Shown: one piece after another, positions 62,478-64,000 of the stretch
Layout: each line of letters begins with the position of its first letter
How positions within the stretch are numbered: the stretch's first letter is position 1
NCBI GenBank assembly: GCA_030651375.1
Contig: JAUSFM010000009.1
Location: forward strand, 65,345-129,344
DNA from: Candidatus Woesearchaeota archaeon
GTDB taxonomy: Archaea; Nanobdellota; Nanobdellia; Woesearchaeales; UBA12501
Length of the DNA: 64,000 nt
Direction: 5' to 3'
Position numbers and translations under genes: made by a program
Notes under the pieces: generated by a model
What the model was told of the DNA's origin: nothing
What the model saw: the letters and a program-made list of their open reading frames with translations, nothing else
Databases searched by the model: none

Positions 62478-64000
62478 ATGACGTTTAGACACCGCACCAC
62501 GCCGGAACAGCGCCGGAGAAAGCTCAAGGAACTTCTTGCAGCAGGAAAACTCGTGCGCGTTATCGAGGCACACAACGGCTTGAGTGCGTTGGTAGCGACC
62601 GAAACAAAAGTGGAAGTTGGCGGAGAGTTAAAAGAATTCGACGCAGTCTGGGAAAGCAGCCTCACTGATTCCGCCTCAAAGGGCCAGCCGGACATTGAAG
62701 TCGTTAGCTATGATTCCCGCATCAACACCATCCAAGAAATTTCAAACGTCACCGACAAGCCGATTATTGTTGACGGTGACACCGGCGGCGATCCGAGCCA
62801 TTTTGAATATTTTGTCAAGCGGCTGGAGCACATCGGCGTCTCTGCGGTCATCATCGAAGACAAAGTGTTTCCGAAGCGTAACAGTTTGGATGCCGACGCG
62901 AAACAAGATCTTGAAGACCCGCATCTCTTTGCCACAAAAATCAAGCGCGGCAAGAGCATGCTGCTGACGGATGAATTTCTGATTTTTGCGCGCCTTGAAA
63001 GTTTGATTGCCGGCGCTAGTGTTGAAGATGCGCTGAAGCGCGCGCGCATCTACCTGCAGGCAGGCGTTGATGGCATCATGATTCATGACAAGGCAAAAGA
63101 CCCAGCGCAGGTGTTCCGGTTTGCTGAAGAATACAAAAAACTTTGCAGCGAGCTCGGCGTCAGCAAGCCCTTGGTCAGCGTGCCCACCACCTACAACACC
63201 GTGACTGAAGAAGAGTTGGCTGCACGCGGATTCAACATTGTCATCCACGCAAATCATTTATTGCGCTCTTCGTACAAGGCCATGCAGGCAGTGGCAAAAA
63301 CAATCCTCACCAACGGCCGCTCCTTTGAGGCGGACGCGCAGTGCGCTGCCGTCAAAGACATCTTTGAGATTGTCGGCTTTTCCGACGTCAAAAAGAAAGA
63401 TGAACAATACGCACCAAAATACACGGGCTTCCGCGCCATCATTCCGGCAGCAGGCGCCAGCAGTGTTTTTTCTCATCCAAAGGCATTGCTGGATATTAAC
63501 GGCAAAACCGTGCTTGAGCGCCAGCGGGACACGCTCCAGCGCGCCGGCATCCGCGAAGTGTCGGTCATCCGCGGCTTCAAAAAAGAACTGTTCACCGTGC
63601 CAAAAATAAAATACCACGACAACGACCAGTACCAGACTACCCACATTCTTGATTCGTTGTTCTGCGCCAAGGATGACATGGGCAATGGCTTTGTTCTTGC
63701 CTATGCGGACGTATTGTTCCACGAGTCACTTATCAAAAACCTGCTCGATGCGCATGGTGATATCGTCCTTGTCGTCGATAATACGTATCGCCACCACACG
63801 CATGAAGTGGACAAGGAACTCGACCTCGTTATTGCAACGAACGAGCCCTCGCTGCGCCACCTCAACCCCTCCCTGCACCGCCACGTTTCCCGCATCGGCA
63901 AAAAAATTCAGAAAGAAAACGCAACGCACGAATTTGTCGGGCTTGCAAAATTTACGCCTGCAGGAGCCGACGCATTGTTAAAACTGTATGATGAATGCCG
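62478..64000 (+). CDS. pepM: Phosphoenolpyruvate mutase fused to a C-terminal nucleotidyltransferase (partial, runs off the window; not in the ORF track)
   Basis: Hand translation from ATG 62478: IEAHNGLSA, WESSLTDS, VDGDTGG, EDKVFPKRNS (EDK-x5-NS), ARLESLIAG, VPTTY; then AIIPAAG...PKALLDINGKTVLERQ...YADV; TTTATAAA 31 nt upstream. Confidence 0.92.
   Translation, partial: MTFRHRTTPEQRRRKLKELLAAGKLVRVIEAHNGLSALVATETKVEVGGELKEFDAVWESSLTDSASKGQPDIEVVSYDSRINTIQEISNVTDKPIIVDGDTGGDPSHFEYFVKRLEHIGVSAVIIEDKVFPKRNSLDADAKQDLEDPHLFATKIKRGKSMLLTDEFLIFARLESLIAGASVEDALKRARIYLQAGVDGIMIHDKAKDPAQVFRFAEEYKKLCSELGVSKPLVSVPTTYNTVTEEELAARGFNIVIHANHLLRSSYKAMQAVAKTILTNGRSFEADAQCAAVKDIFEIVGFSDVKKKDEQYAPKYTGFRAIIPAAGASSVFSHPKALLDINGKTVLERQRDTLQRAGIREVSVIRGFKKELFTVPKIKYHDNDQYQTTHILDSLFCAKDDMGNGFVLAYADVLFHESLIKNLLDAHGDIVLVVDNTYRHHTHEVDKELDLVIATNEPSLRHLNPSLHRHVSRIGKKIQKENATHEFVGLAKFTPAGADALLKLYDEC

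Noticed and set aside
62695-63981. The several short ORFs listed by the track in this interval
   Set aside because: They are alternative-frame or antisense fragments overlapping the continuous pepM fusion frame that begins at 62478.
1-64000. CRISPR array, tRNA, rRNA or IS transposase
   Set aside because: No regularly spaced 25-40 bp repeats, cloverleaf/T-arm patterns, rRNA-like stretches or transposase motifs were seen by eye in the short intergenic gaps. A tRNAscan/Infernal run would be needed to exclude small RNAs.

Overview
Archaeal chromosomal DNA, most likely from a DPANN lineage such as Woesearchaeota/Nanoarchaeota (inference). Evidence for an archaeon: aEF-1beta with its upstream Zn-finger gene, Dph2, Nmd3, Sec11 signal peptidase, TFS, RtcA, archaeal-type PEP carboxylase, an HTH_10 regulator, and TATA boxes about 30 nt before many ATGs (leaderless genes). 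No rRNA, tRNA, CRISPR array or transposase was recognised. The most striking feature is a four-gene minus-strand cluster at 28.5-37.2 kb. It encodes two bacterial-type sigma-70 factors (one RpoH-like, one FliA/WhiG-like), each fused behind the same unrecognised ~150-aa N-terminal domain. A third gene carries that domain on a different C-terminus, and the fourth is a 1369-aa repeat protein. At least three of the four genes have archaeal TATA-like elements, although archaeal RNA polymerase does not use sigma factors. Other notable content: an SSADH plus OgdA-like decarboxylase pair near ppcA; a DtxR/MntR operon with a visible operator (two-domain multicopper oxidase, ZIP, CuA protein, NRAMP) near a Mn-SOD; an AT-rich membrane-anchored HNH nuclease; a SIR2-like plus vapBC islet; bacterial-type metK and aguAB; and a PEP mutase-nucleotidyltransferase fusion (phosphonate biosynthesis) that runs off the right end and is absent from the ORF track. 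All calls were made by eye from motifs; no database searches were run.
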